A DNA stretch of 63,464 bases, filler included, from Octopus bimaculoides (lineage: Eukaryota), in assembly GCF_001194135.2 (NCBI RefSeq). It is 5 parts of 5 records of this genome, joined end to end, with 100 filler letters (N's around TTAATTAATTAA, not from the genome) between each part and the next. Parts side by side here need not be neighbours in the genome. Positions count along the whole stretch, not along the records: positions 31,649 to 56,080 come from NC_068984.1; 4 more parts are not named here. One strand, written 5' to 3'. Under the pieces are notes generated by a model, which had not been told where the DNA came from, ran no database searches, and saw nothing but the letters and a program-made list of their open reading frames with translations. This document shows positions 39,141 through 52,071 of this stretch, piece after piece. A program made the position numbers and the translations under genes. Each line of letters starts with the position of its first letter. Position 1 is the first letter of the stretch.

Positions 39141-41395
39141 CACGAGAAGACGAAAGTTGTTCGATGGGTCCGAGTGATGAAGACGCAACGAGACTACAAA
39201 GCCACCATTCGGTCTTCAGCTGACCACAATAGGCGCATGTTACTCAACGCCAAGCATAGATACAATGTAGTGGAGAAACGTGAAATGAAGTGTTTTTCTC
39301 AAGAGGTCAGATTGTGTGAAGTGTCGGTGTGTTACTGAGTTGGGGGATGACTATAACTGGAGCAGATAGTTGAGAATAAGAAATAATTCATCCCTATCCC
39401 AACAGTGTCAATGTGAGAAGAATACAATTGCCAAGATTAAACCGTGAATATTAAATTCATCAAGGATGCAACTTCAAAGAGAATTGGAATGAAAGAAAAC
39501 CAGAGATAGTAGTTCAACTGCTGCTGGAGTTTGGAAATTGTTAAGGATAGCAGACGAACTTAAAGGAATAATGAAGACAAATTTAAAGGCAGAGTAACTG
39601 GAAGTTTGTTTCAGCTTCTGATGTCCAGAAGCTGGAATATATAGAGTAACTGGAACAGTAGTGCTGGTTTATAGATGAGAGTATCTCAGTGAGAAATATG
39701 TTTTGCTGTTGTTAGGATTGTGTTGATATCCTGGTGCGACTAAATTCTACTGTTATTGGTCTCAATCGACCAATATTTAACAATAGTAAATTCCATTCTA
39801 TAACAAGCAACATCCAACTAGTCACCTGTTAATTACGCTACGGCAACCCATCCTAAATGCTATCTTTCTATTAGAAGCAATAGAAACCGCAAGTCTTAAC
39901 ACAACCGAAGAGTTAATTAATGGAAAATTCGACCAAATAGAAAATTGAGTAGACGGTGGAATGTTTGAACAATATTTTCTCCAAACTGACAATAACTTTT
40001 CTCCCATTGTTTAGGGATTGTCAACATAGACAAGTACATATAGTAAAACAAAAGAAAAAGAAGTATGGATTGTAACAAAGCTTGTTGCTATTGTTTTATC
40101 AGCTAATAGAATAACGAAAATGAATTCGTTATGGTAAGATGCCAAATAAATAAGGAACTTCACAATTAGTACTACTAGAAAGAACATTAGTAACAAGCAA
40201 CACTACTTCATACAAGCCAATTGTGGACAGAACTAAGAGGTACACTAGTTACGTAACGTAACTATAATGACAACCCAGCAAATACAATCATTCTTTTAGT
40301 TCTAGAAATCATGAACAGTACCAGTCACGCATAAAATCAATTACCTGCATCTGAATACCATATGTACTGGGAAAATCGGTAAAAAGCAATAGGACATCTA
40401 TGATTGTAACACTTCATTTCTTCTCGAAGAAAAGATAATTAGTAACGGATAGCAATTTGGTTATAGAGTTGAAAGGAAAAAAATATGACAGAAAAATATG
40501 AAAATGGAGGATGCTAAAATGAAAGTGAGAAAGCGAGTAGAGTCCCTGCTGGAATATTTGTTGTGCTAATAATTGATATATTGTTTGGTTCGTACTAATT
40601 AGACTTGCATTCATAAAAGAAGTGTTTCAAAACTGGGACTAAAGGTTTTGCCGTAGAACATGAGAAGATAAGAAAATTTATTTGTGTGTGAGTATTTGTG
40701 TATCTATGAGTCTGCTTGTCACAGCGTGTGCTTGAGTTACATTAAAGGATAAGTTATAGTCATTGAATGTATATGTCTGTCCGTATGTCTCTTTGATGTT
40801 GTAACAAGCTATCAACTGTCGATCATTTGCTTGCAAGTTTAAACTGTACACAGTACAATTAATTACCGCATTTGGATGCTTAAATCTACTTTCATGTACC
40901 TCGTTTATTGTTTTGTTTCATCGAACGAGCAGGAACATGCATACATGTGTAAATTTTGTTAGCCATAAATGTATTCAGACAGTAATGTACATATTTGGTC
41001 GAGAGAAAGATATACCTTCCAGTGATTTAGTAATAGTGGTTGAGTTAGTTGTGGTGATTGTGATAGTGTATTCAGTGGGGGACTCAGATAACAGAACACA
41101 ATAAAGATATCAAGTTTGGTGAATATTTGTATTTGTTAAAGATGTGAATGAAACTGTTTCTATAAGGCAATTACATAAACAAACCCATGCGCTTACACAA
41201 CTACACACACACACATATACACGAGCGGTCACACAACCACACAGTTACATTTACATATGCATGGGTTACATCTGTGAAATACTAATTATATGGATAAATA
41301 CTCATTTATATTGAAAATATTTTTTGCGTGAATCTGGTAGTTAGATGTACATAGCTTACGACCATGTGATGCCTTCACATGGAATTCAAAGCAAG

Positions 41396-41450
<55 letters not shown>

Positions 41451-42287
41451 TACAAGCTGTGGGTAGAATTTGCTATGGATGTATGTATATAATTTCTTCA
41501 ATGTAGTGTAGTTAGCAATAGTTAGCAAATACTATAAAATCCTAAGTTTAAATTAACTTTGTCGAATTTTTGTAGTCATACGTATTGGGCATTAAGTAAA
41601 CGTACGCATCTGCCACCCCAGTCTCTCTCACTGCATACATTAATACATGCATAATTTATATAATTTTGTCATAATCAACACTCAGCACTCTTGAACGCCA
41701 AAGATTAGAATAAAGATCTCATAAGCTCATGGTATTATGGAGGCTATAGATTTTGGAACGCGAAAATAAAATTAGAATAAATAGCAAGTATTTAATATTG
41801 ATGAAAAAGGACTGATAGAAATCAGAAATCAATGCTGCTTGTGACGTAATATAAATTCCAATATTTACATTGCTGATGGTGATGGTGATAAAATATATCT
41901 ATAGTATATTTAGTTAGCCGGAAGGAAATCGATTGCTGTGTACTTATTTGAAATATTATTAATTTATTTTTAACATATTCTTTTATTATTTATATCAATA
42001 AACCATATGTAGATCTTTCGATATACGCTAATAGGTAGCATTATCAGTTATTAATATTAAAGTATAAAGCTACCTATCCACATATCAAATTAGCCGTAGA
42101 CTGTCTAATTTCTCTAAGATATGCTAAATTTACCCCAGCAAGTGTTCTATACTTTATATCTGCTTAGTAATTCTCTCATCACTATCTGGGCAAGTAGACT
42201 GAAGACTATGTTTCACTGAAGAAGTGTAATACGACCGAAACATACCCGGAATTGTCTTCTGTATTTTCTGGAATAACTAAAATGATA

Positions 42288-42438
42288 TTGTATACTGCCG
42301 ACTTAACGTGACAGTCCCAATAAGGGAATATACTACTGCTATTTAGCCCTAGGAAGCTGGACCGCTTCCTGTCGGCCTTGACACATTTCCTGTGTCCTTA
42401 TGTTTGTGGGACTGTCACGTTAAGTTGGCAGTATACAA
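42288..42438. repeat. 32-bp inverted repeat (1 mismatch) around an 87-bp spacer; MITE-like
   Basis: TTGTATACTGCCGACTTAACGTGACAGTCCCA ... TGGGACTGTCACGTTAAGTTGGCAGTATACAA. Confidence 0.9.
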
Positions 42439-43399
42439 CTACTTTATCGCATCAGTACTGCTTAAGTCTCTCTAAGAGATTTAGAAATGTATTATTTCTA
42501 AAATGATATCATTTAGTGATTAATATTGTGAATAACTGAAACAGAATTGATAGATTATCGGCCAACCCATGGATTGGAAATTTCCTGTCAGGTGGAGTGA
42601 TATGGAAGATGAACCAGCTGAAGGCTGGAGGAAGCCAAAGAAACTAAGCGTCTCTGCTGTTTCATGTATCGAACGTTGTGAAATGTGGTTAAGTTCCAGT
42701 CTAGCCTTGAACAAGCCTATGAGGAGAAGCATTGCAGTCATGACTTGCCTGTCTTTTTCCACGCACAAAGCAAGCATCTAGGACCTATATTATTCAATGT
42801 GTCCTTTCCATTTTTAAGACTGTAAGGGATAATTTATGGGAAATTTAGCTGCTATTTTTTTTAGGTCGAACAACCATGTCACTTTGATATTCATAAGAAA
42901 TATATCCTACAATGGTGCTTTTAGGAAAATATATAAAAACAACTTTGTAAAAAAGAATATTACAATGCATACGAGGATTGTGTATTCGTAGCGCTATTCA
43001 TTCAACATACTGAATATCTATAGTATATTTCTCTATACTAACATTTAGAATTTTAAAGCAGATGCTTGAAGAAATCGGAACCATATGTATTCAGATACTT
43101 AACTACATCAAAAGAGACATTGAATGACTTTATTATTAACGGAAGTAAAGGCCAAGAAGTAAAAAGAATATATATATATATTTCATTGTCATACTGAAGT
43201 TATCCCCACTGAATATCAGACATCAATCTAAACAGGACAGTTATACATTCAGGATAAAAAAGTATTAGCCTTAGGGTTGAAGTGGAGTTTCCCAGTAAAC
43301 ATGTTTCAGAAACGACATCTAAACATTGATCAATAATAGATATTAAAAAAAAACAAAACAAAATAAAAACTCTATCTACGGATTTAGATTGCTCGCAAA

Positions 43400-43860
43400 G
43401 AGATGCACAGAACAGTTGTATAAATAAGATTTCAAAAGATCTTGTTGGAGAAAGAAAGTGATAAGTTAAAAACAAGACAAGTGCGAGTGACCATTTAGCC
43501 AATTTGAATTTATGGTTGCGAAGCATGAATTCTAAACAAATTTGGAGAGAACATAATCAATGCGTTTCGTTTGAGATGTGGTTGTTTAGGAGAATGTTAC
43601 GAGTCTCTTACAAGGACCATCGAATAAATGAATGAGTGCTACAACAGGTAGGGGAGAGATTAAAACTCCTGAATTTTATGAATAAACAAAAGCTGATCTA
43701 TTATGGCCATATTCGAAGAAGCGGAAGCCTGGAAAATATTATTATGAAAGGAAGATTAGAATGTAGAGGTAGGCAAAGAACGCAATGGTTGGATAATATC
43801 ATGAGCTATTGGACAAGAGGGGCAATGCAGTTGGAGAACTCGTGCTTTATCGGGAAGACT
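43400..43860 (+). mobile_element. RTE-clade LINE reverse transcriptase C-terminal fragment (second subfamily)
   Basis: Encodes IYGCEA*IL...FEMWLFRRMLRVSYKDHRINE*VL...KLIYYGHIRR...IMKGRLE.RGRQRTQWLDNI, with frameshifts. Confidence 0.75.
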
Positions 43861-44114
43861 TTCAGTGAAGCGTCATCAATGCGCCTTGTGCAAACGATAC
43901 GTGAAGACGACATACTTAAAGCGCTATGGACATCACTATTAACCACAAATAAATGGCTAAATATATTAAATCACAAAGAATATTTATTTGTCTATTTAAA
44001 CATTTTATTACAAACTGTGATATAAGTTTTACAATCTTGCCAACATGATCGAAACGAACTGAAATTTGTAACGAAACGATCATATATAAATGTGTGTATA
44101 TAAATGTGTATATA

Positions 44115-44152
<38 letters not shown>

Positions 44153-44219
44153 GCTTCGCTTACTTACACAGATACATCCTCTCGCACACACTCATGTACG
44201 CTCACACGCGTTTGCGTCG

Positions 44220-44265
<46 letters not shown>

Positions 44266-46283
44266 GCGTGCTTATCGATACGTGTAATGCGTTTACTTCA
44301 AGGTATTGAAATTTTGCATATAAGTACATATTGTATGTCAAGGATAAAACGATTTTGTCATGAATAATTATTAGTTTACAGGAGCCCCCTTCCTTATTTT
44401 TCTTCTTTTACAAACATCAATCGATAGATAATTGCTAAATCCTATTTCAAAGGGCCACTATTGCACATGGAAATCAAATGTTTACAAAGAGGAAACAAAC
44501 AAGTCATTATTTTCATATACATTAGCAACTAATGGCATTTTTTTTCTTCCTTTTTCTATTTTTATTGTCTCGGCCTTTGGTTGTTGAAATGCTTTGCCGC
44601 TATACTTGAAAACAATGATAGAATTAGCAGTCTATTACTAATTTTGATGTTTTTTTATGCGTCTCAGTTAAAATATATTGTTATTTGGTAACAACCGTCT
44701 GAATAAACGCATTCAATTTATACGCATTTTAAGAAAATATATCTAAAATAACGTAGCACAACGGGAGATGATATATTTCATTCGCTCACAACTACTATGG
44801 TTCTTCATATCCGGCCTTTATTATCATGGTTTTATGCATTCGACATTTACTAACATTGTAACACTTCTCTTTTACTTCCAGTCGCTATTTCTCATCATTG
44901 CTCTGCTCTTTGACCTACCACCATTCTTTCTGTCTGGTCATCTTCCCTTTCACCTTTCTTATACTCTTCATTTTTATATACAACTTTCCAACATACTAGT
45001 CCTTATCGAATTATTCTCTTTTCTATACGACATACAAACGTGTTCTATTCTCTGAACTATATTGATTTCTGCAGACGTAGACTATCACTAGTTCCTTCGG
45101 ACTCCGGTGATTTATATTGAATTCACTACCATGATTTTATACATTCAGACACAACTACCATAGTTCCATATATTATGTACTTACTACATGGTTCTATACG
45201 TATATTCTGTCATTTGTAGAACCATTCCACATCCGTGGCTATTACTTCCAAGGTTTTATATTCTTGGTAATTAATATCATAGTTCCATTATTCTGTCAAC
45301 ACTATCACTCTATCTCTCTGCTTTATTGTACACTGTATCTATGCTGTACAAATAGGCTATTAGTGGCATTAATCAATCAATCATTCTTTTATGTATATCA
45401 TGTGTTAATTGTGAAATAGTCAAATGTTTAACCCTTCAAAGTCAATGAATGATCAATTCTGTTGACGCTGGTGAGTTAGAGATACGATTACTGACTATTA
45501 TGCTTATCTCAAAAGCATTAGTGATATAAATATGATAAAATAGCTTCAAGTATGAATGGAAACCCAGTTATAGAAGTGACAACTCCCAGTTTCCGATTCT
45601 ATGATTATGATATGCGAAATTCCATTGCTATGCACCGTAACAGTTGAATATTTTACTCATGACTCAGTAATAAAAGATCATAATCTACTTATTTCGAGTT
45701 AGTCTTCCGAGTAACAAAATAAAAAAAAACAAAAAACCCTCTCAATTGTTTTCTTCACGCTTCAGAGCTTTCCCCGCAGAATTTGTAACTACACCACGCA
45801 TAATTTGTTTTAACGAAACTCACAAATACATTAACTCTGACTCTTGAACGTAGAAAGTGATCCGTTAAATTCTTTAATTCGATATTTTCTCTCTTTTTCT
45901 GATTATAAAGATGAAAAGATAGCTTTGAAAATTACATGTTCACTTTGGCAATTTTCTCTACAACTTAACATCTGAAGAGTGTCCTTTCCTCAAATAAATG
46001 CAATTTCCAATTCCGTAGATGGAAGAATAACTACTTCCAACTTACCGGAACACTATTATAGAAATAAAAGAAAATTAACCTACGAAATAATTGATAGGTT
46101 TCTACACATTTACTAGGATACTATTACGGAAATAAAAGAAAATTAGTGTAAAAATTATTGAAAGCTTACACACATTGACAAGTGGTTGAGAGAAGGTAGT
46201 AGAAATTTGTAATGATTCTTGAATTTGACACAGATCAAAGCAAGATTGAAGGAATGGACCAGGTTAGTTGGACTCTATGTCTC

Positions 46284-46331
<48 letters not shown>

Positions 46332-47570
46332 TCTCCCTCTCTCTCTCTCTCTCTCTCATTATCTTTCTCTCTGTATCTCTCTCCCTCTCTCAAGCATATT
46401 CACAAATTGATCAATTTCCTAAACTCAGGAACTAAAGAAATAATTGTAAGGTTATTTTCCTTAATAAAATAGTTGAGCGTATTTTCGATAAACTAATGGT
46501 TTATATATTGATTCATTGATTCTACAGAATTAAATCCTTTAATGCTATGAGTAGGTGAAGTAAATGTAAATTGAGATACGAACTGCTTTCTCAGTTTTCC
46601 TATAAAATAGGTTACCAGTTCAGTACATCATTTCCTAGCAGTTGTAGCATATCCCCTTCTGCCAGTTATATGGTCATTCATGTTTATGGAATGTGTGTCT
46701 TCTCGACATAAAAGTTAATGGAGATTATAAACTAAAGAAATGACAGTAGTTTCGTGATTTAAAGAGATAATATTTGACTACAAAAATTTATACAACCTTT
46801 TAAACTATTTTTATTTTCGTTTAAAAGAATTTTTCAATTATGTCATGTTGAAACTGAATAAACAACGTCGCGAACTAATAACTCTATTTTTTCTTTCACA
46901 ATGAAGAAAACCACATTTTCAACAAAATTATTATCATGAAAATATCATAAACCCTTTCTGTTTTATTTCTCTAAATTATAATGACTTCATAATTTTCCGT
47001 TTAGACAATTCAAAAAAGAAAATACTAACTGAAAGATTCGCATCGTAGAACATAATTACATTTTAACAACTTTTACAAAAATATTGCTTCAACAACCAGT
47101 ACCAAGTATGCCACTAACATACCGAGTACTGAGACCAGTTTTAAATCTAATTTCTGTTATAATCTCAAACTAAAAATTATGCTCTCCTTCTAATAGGTAG
47201 TTGTTACTGTCTCAAGACAGTTTTTGTTTATAAATGACAGCAATTTTTGTAAAATATAAACTAAAGCTATTCCATCGATTATTAAGAGGAATTAGTTGAA
47301 GAATTTTTTGAAAAAAAACTATTTTAAGAATATGCTTTTAATTATACACCCTAGATAATTGATATTAAAAATTTTGGAATTTACAGGACCATAATATTAC
47401 AAGAACATTTAATTACTTCTTTAAAATGTTTACAAGAATAAGGGTTTCCTTAAAATTGAGGAGAAATAAGTGTTTGACGATTAACACATTAATTTTATAA
47501 CTTACTAAGACATCTATGATTATAAAATCCATCATAATTATCTTCTTGAGCAAATGAAATATACCTCTTG

Positions 47571-47661
<91 letters not shown>

Positions 47662-48100
47662 GCACGTTTAAACTTTCACTCGTTTCAGTCCTTGGATGTA
47701 CAGCTATGCATTTTTCTGCATTAAACCATTTGATATTAAGTTAGCTTTTATGAGTATTTGATATTATATAAATAATAATAAACCTTCTCTATTATCTAAT
47801 TTGTGAGTGCATGCTGTTTTCTGACTCATGAAAAATTGGACAACTAAAAACTCACACACGTATAGGAATAAAACGGTTTTGATTGTATAGATTAGAATTA
47901 ATAATAAGACTGCTTAAAAGAAATGAAGGAATTGTTCCTTAGTTTGTTGATATACAGCTATAGAAAGTTTTCAAATTTTTCGAGATGGAATGAAATGAAG
48001 CAAAACGAGGTAAAATAAAATAAAATATTCGTTTTTAATTTTAAGAATTTGTATCACGCTTAGGAGTGCTTGAGCCTTTACTAAATGGAGGGAGTAGGTT

Positions 48101-48340
48101 TATATGCGGAATGGGATGGAACGGCGCGAATTGAATAGCGCAAAACACTCACTTGACATTTTAAGGTTAACTATGACAGCGGTGTCAACCGTCGTGCTCG
48201 TTCTACTGCCTGCGTATTGGTGTTCACTGATGACCGGGCATCAGAGAGAACATGATACAACGCTATCATAGTTAGCCTTAAAATGTCACGTGACTGCATC
48301 GCTCTATTTAATTCGCGTCACACCATCACAGCCTTCATAT
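48101..48340. repeat. Old imperfect inverted repeat with ~85-bp arms; MITE-like
   Basis: CGCGAATTGAATAG..TGACATTTTAAGGTTAACTATGACAGCG vs CGCTATCATAGTTAGCCTTAAAATGTCA..CTATTTAATTCGCG. Confidence 0.75.
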
Positions 48341-48363
48341 GAATTTACTTTTCTGTATATAAC

Positions 48364-48523
48364 AGGCGTCGTAGTGGCTGTGTGGTAAGTAGCTTGCTTA
48401 ACAACCACACGGTTCCGGGTTCAGTCCCACTGCGTGGCACCTTGGGCAAGCGTCTTCTACTATAGCCTCGGGCCGACCAAAGCCTTGTGAGTGGATTGTG
48501 ACGGAAACTGAAAGAAGCCCGTC

Positions 48524-48601
<78 letters not shown>

Positions 48602-48810
48602 TTGTGTGTTTGTGTTTGTCCCCCCAACATCGCTGGTGTGTCTACGTTCCTGTAACTTAGCGGTTCGGCAAAAGGGACCGATTGAATAAGTACTAGACTT
48701 TCAAAGACTAAGTCCTGGGGGTCGATTTGCTCGATTAAAGGCGGTGCTCCAGCATGACCACAGTCGGGTGACTGAAACAGGTAAAAGAGTAAATGAGTAA
48801 AGAAAGAGTA
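48364..48810 (+). mobile_element. Full-length SINE family A with an expanded internal (TA)n(TG)n tract
   Basis: Head, CORE-like segment, microsatellite and tail are all present. Confidence 0.92.
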
Positions 48811-49513
48811 TATAAAGGAAATTAGACTTCTCCCTTTAGTAGAGGCAGAAGCCTTCTCAAACGCTACAAAAATCTTAAATGTAATGACGTAAATATTTCA
48901 CTTCATTTAAGTTCAATTCATTTCCTGACAAAATTTAGACTTTCTCTACCTGTATATAAATAAACAAACAAACTAGGGAACAATTTCTTCCTTTCTTCTG
49001 AGTAAATTTATAACACACACACATATACACACACACACACAGAGGCTTAAGTGCATGATTATATGTATGCATTCGCGTACACACGTAAGACACGCACATA
49101 TACATGCACTCAAACAAAATGCACAATGTATTATTAGTCAACATGCATATCACGTCACTTTGAGACGTGTGCATATATGTATATAAGTAAGCACACGCAC
49201 ACACATACACTTACCCATGCATACACACTTATGTGCGTTTGAGCTTTTAAACTAAAAAATGTACGGAGTACAAAAATAGGAACTAAATCGCAAGTTTTTA
49301 TACATCTGAAATAACTACGACTTATTAGTCTTGCCGATCGCATAGTTAATATTATGATAAGCAGAGTACGATATTTATAACATAAAATATAAGTGATAAG
49401 CCATTGGATGGTAAATAGGCCAACTCAAAAATAATTATAAAAATATATATATAAGACAAATATACATATGTAGAGAGGGGAAAATAAAAACAGTACATGA
49501 ATATATATGCATA

Positions 49514-49678
49514 TGTAACGAAGGGGCACCGAAAAGTTCCTGGTTTGGGATAAAAGAAAATACAGGAGAATCAATTAATTATAATTTTATTCAACATATT
49601 ACCCTCTCAGATTCACACACTTATTGCAACAGTCCTTCAGTTTTCTGAGCTCTATGAAAGAACCCTTCGTATCCATGT
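49514..49678. mobile_element. Terminus of a second mariner-like family
   Basis: ACGAAGGGGCACCGAAAAGTTCCTGG...TTTTATTCAACATATTACCC resembles mariner termini; no ORF. Confidence 0.5.
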
Positions 49679-50559
49679 ATTTATCCATGCATTTATGTAT
49701 GAGTCTGTGTGTGCGCCAAGAATGAAAGAAAATGCGAAGTGTAGCCACAGTAAACATGTGTACAGTATTATATCAGGATGTGACGCATACAAAGATTTGC
49801 ACACACATAAACGCATTTGAAAGTGAAACAATGCAATTTAATAAAATTATGTTTTATTGTTTTTTTCCCTTTGAATTTTCGATCGGAAACATCCTTTCAA
49901 AAAGCAAAGTTAGAGCTACATAGATGGAGGGAAAGAGAGAGACGAAAGAACATTATGAATATAAACGATTTGACACATATCTTGGTCGCTTCAATAAACT
50001 GCAGCACGTAAAAAAATCCCACCCCCCACCATTAAGAGGAGTCGTCAAATCAATGGCATATATTTTTCGGAGGAGACAAATGCAATCGAATAAGGAAACA
50101 AACATAATATATAGCTTGAATTTATGAAAGGTGTTTGAAGTCGATTTGAAGCATTGCGACAACACAAGCTTTTATCGTTTATTTCTCTTAAATTTTAAAT
50201 CTAAAATATCGTTTTCATATATATGTTCGATTTTGATAGACAGTTACAGACATATGTCCACACGTATAATTGTCTCTTTGTCCGTATGTCTATCAATTTA
50301 TCTATCTCTCTTCAACACACACGTGTGTGTGCATGTACGTCGATGTATACATATATAAATGCGTGTAATAAAACATATATATCCATGCTCGCACATTTGT
50401 ATGTGTGTATATTTTAGGCGTGCGCATGTACCTGCTTATTACCGAGGATCTCTCATGGGAAAGCACATTCTTATGACCATATCCCAATAACTAGCTCTAC
50501 TGATTTGGGATAGAAGATATTTTAGCCCCTTACAGCTGTTGACACTTTACAAGGTTCTA

Positions 50560-50990
50560 GTAAAATCCTAAATGGATTTCTGCGCCCACACTTACAACGG
50601 TGTTGCTGTTGCCCACATCTGCGTGCTTGGACATTAACCGGAGACCCATTCCGTTGAAGAGCATTACATCACGAACAAACACTCCTACCTTTGACCTACA
50701 AGCGAACTCTCGCCTCTCTCTGTCTATTCTATCGATACTCTAATGGCTTCTGTTCCTGGAAACGGTCACCACTCAGTCAACCCCGACCCACTCAGCTTTC
50801 CAACTCTTGTGACTTTTGTTACTTCCAGCACTCATTTTCCCAGCCTTAATCATTATGTTCAATCCTTCCGAGTGAGCTGACCGTCTCTCAGGAATTTCCT
50901 CCTCCCTCATATCCTTTTGGCTGGTGTTGAATTGTTACAAGTTGAGACGAAACATTAAAGTCACCAATCTTGCCAGTCTCGGAGGACCTA
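50560..50990 (+). mobile_element. Degraded CR1/Jockey-group LINE 3' end
   Basis: Encodes ASLCLFYRYSNGFCS followed by HYVQSF..; resembles the SLFYRYYxGxCSxEL...SFFPRT motif of CR1-group RT C-termini. Confidence 0.55.
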
Positions 50991-51091
50991 AATACGTCAT
51001 GGATTCTGACCCTTTCCTCTGCTTTTACAAATTACAAAAATATTTGAATGTGTGCATAAAATGGGAATGCGTGTATACGTATTGCGAGCGC

Positions 51092-51122
<31 letters not shown>

Positions 51123-51350
51123 CGTTTGTGTGTAGATACATTGCGAAACTATAAGTAGTAGTAGAGTGTAATCCCAGCGTTACAATAAAGAGACACATGC
51201 AGGCGTGCGCGCACACACAAACACACAGACACACACAAATATATGTATATTTGTATGTGTGTGTGTAAAATTAATCACTTCAAATATAATTTCTGAAAAG
51301 CATCCATTTGTCAAAAAATCGTTATAAATATCATATAGCGTATAACTTAC

Positions 51351-52071
51351 CGATTTGACAAAAGTCACCAATGTAACTGGTCCCTGTACATTCACAGACA
51401 ACACGTTTATCCGTTGTAAGGCAGGTACCGCCGTTGAGACAAGGATCATTCTCTAAACAAAGGTCTTTCTCCGTACCTCGTATGCCACTTTCTTCTAATC
51501 TTATGGGTGCTTCCATTGGCCCTCCACAATTACTGTATAATACATTCTGTATCGATCCTCGGAACTGGGGTTCAAATATCACTGATGGTAAAGCCAGTCT
51601 ATCCAGTTTTGCTCCATATTCCATTGGCATACCCCCTATAAACACAAAACTCTCTTTGTTTTCTTCCTCTCTTACGATATCATAAGGTTTCGTCTCCATC
51701 GTTTCAGCTATGTTGTTAACGACTAAATTGGTTTGCGCTTTAGCTCTTTGAATTTCTACAGTGTGCCACTGCATGTTGTTCAATCGTTGACCTACAGACA
51801 TAATCATGGCACCACCTCCTAAGTCGAAACGCAACTTCAAAGTGCCGTCAACAAGTTTTAGCTCCATGAAGTCATAGTCCTCTCCACCGTCTGTATACAT
51901 TAATAATGCATCTCCGCGGTCTGTCTTGAATTCAAAAGTCAGAGTGCCATTGTCACAAGGCTCCCATTTGGTGAACTTAGCGTATGAAGGTTTCGATCCC
52001 TGAAGATCAAAAGCCACGCATAATGTGATGGCACTGAGCGAAAGTAACATCCATATAGGATGGGGTCCCAT
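51351..52071 (-). CDS. NRXN: Alpha-neurexin (Nrx-1-like), first coding exon: signal peptide + laminin-G/LNS1 + EGF1
   Basis: ATG at 52071 in CAAAATGG context gives MGPHPIWMLLSLSAITLCVA (hydrophobic signal peptide). It continues with FEFKT..ALLMYTDGGEDYDFMELKLVDGTLKLRFDLGGG, LALPSVIFEPQFRGSIQN and the EGF repeat CLENDPCLNGGTCLTTDKRVVCECTGTSYIGDFC. These motifs match invertebrate Nrx-1 as I recall it. The exon ends ATCG|GTAAGT at 51351 (phase 1; 721 nt = 240 codons + 1). Confidence 0.95.

Noticed and set aside
39480-40240. Purine-skewed region that might be a decayed ORF
   Set aside because: Multiple stops in all frames and no assignable motif.
42520-42781. 85-aa and 70-aa ORFs of moderate complexity
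   Set aside because: No recognisable family or consistent splice signals; may be an old transposon relic.
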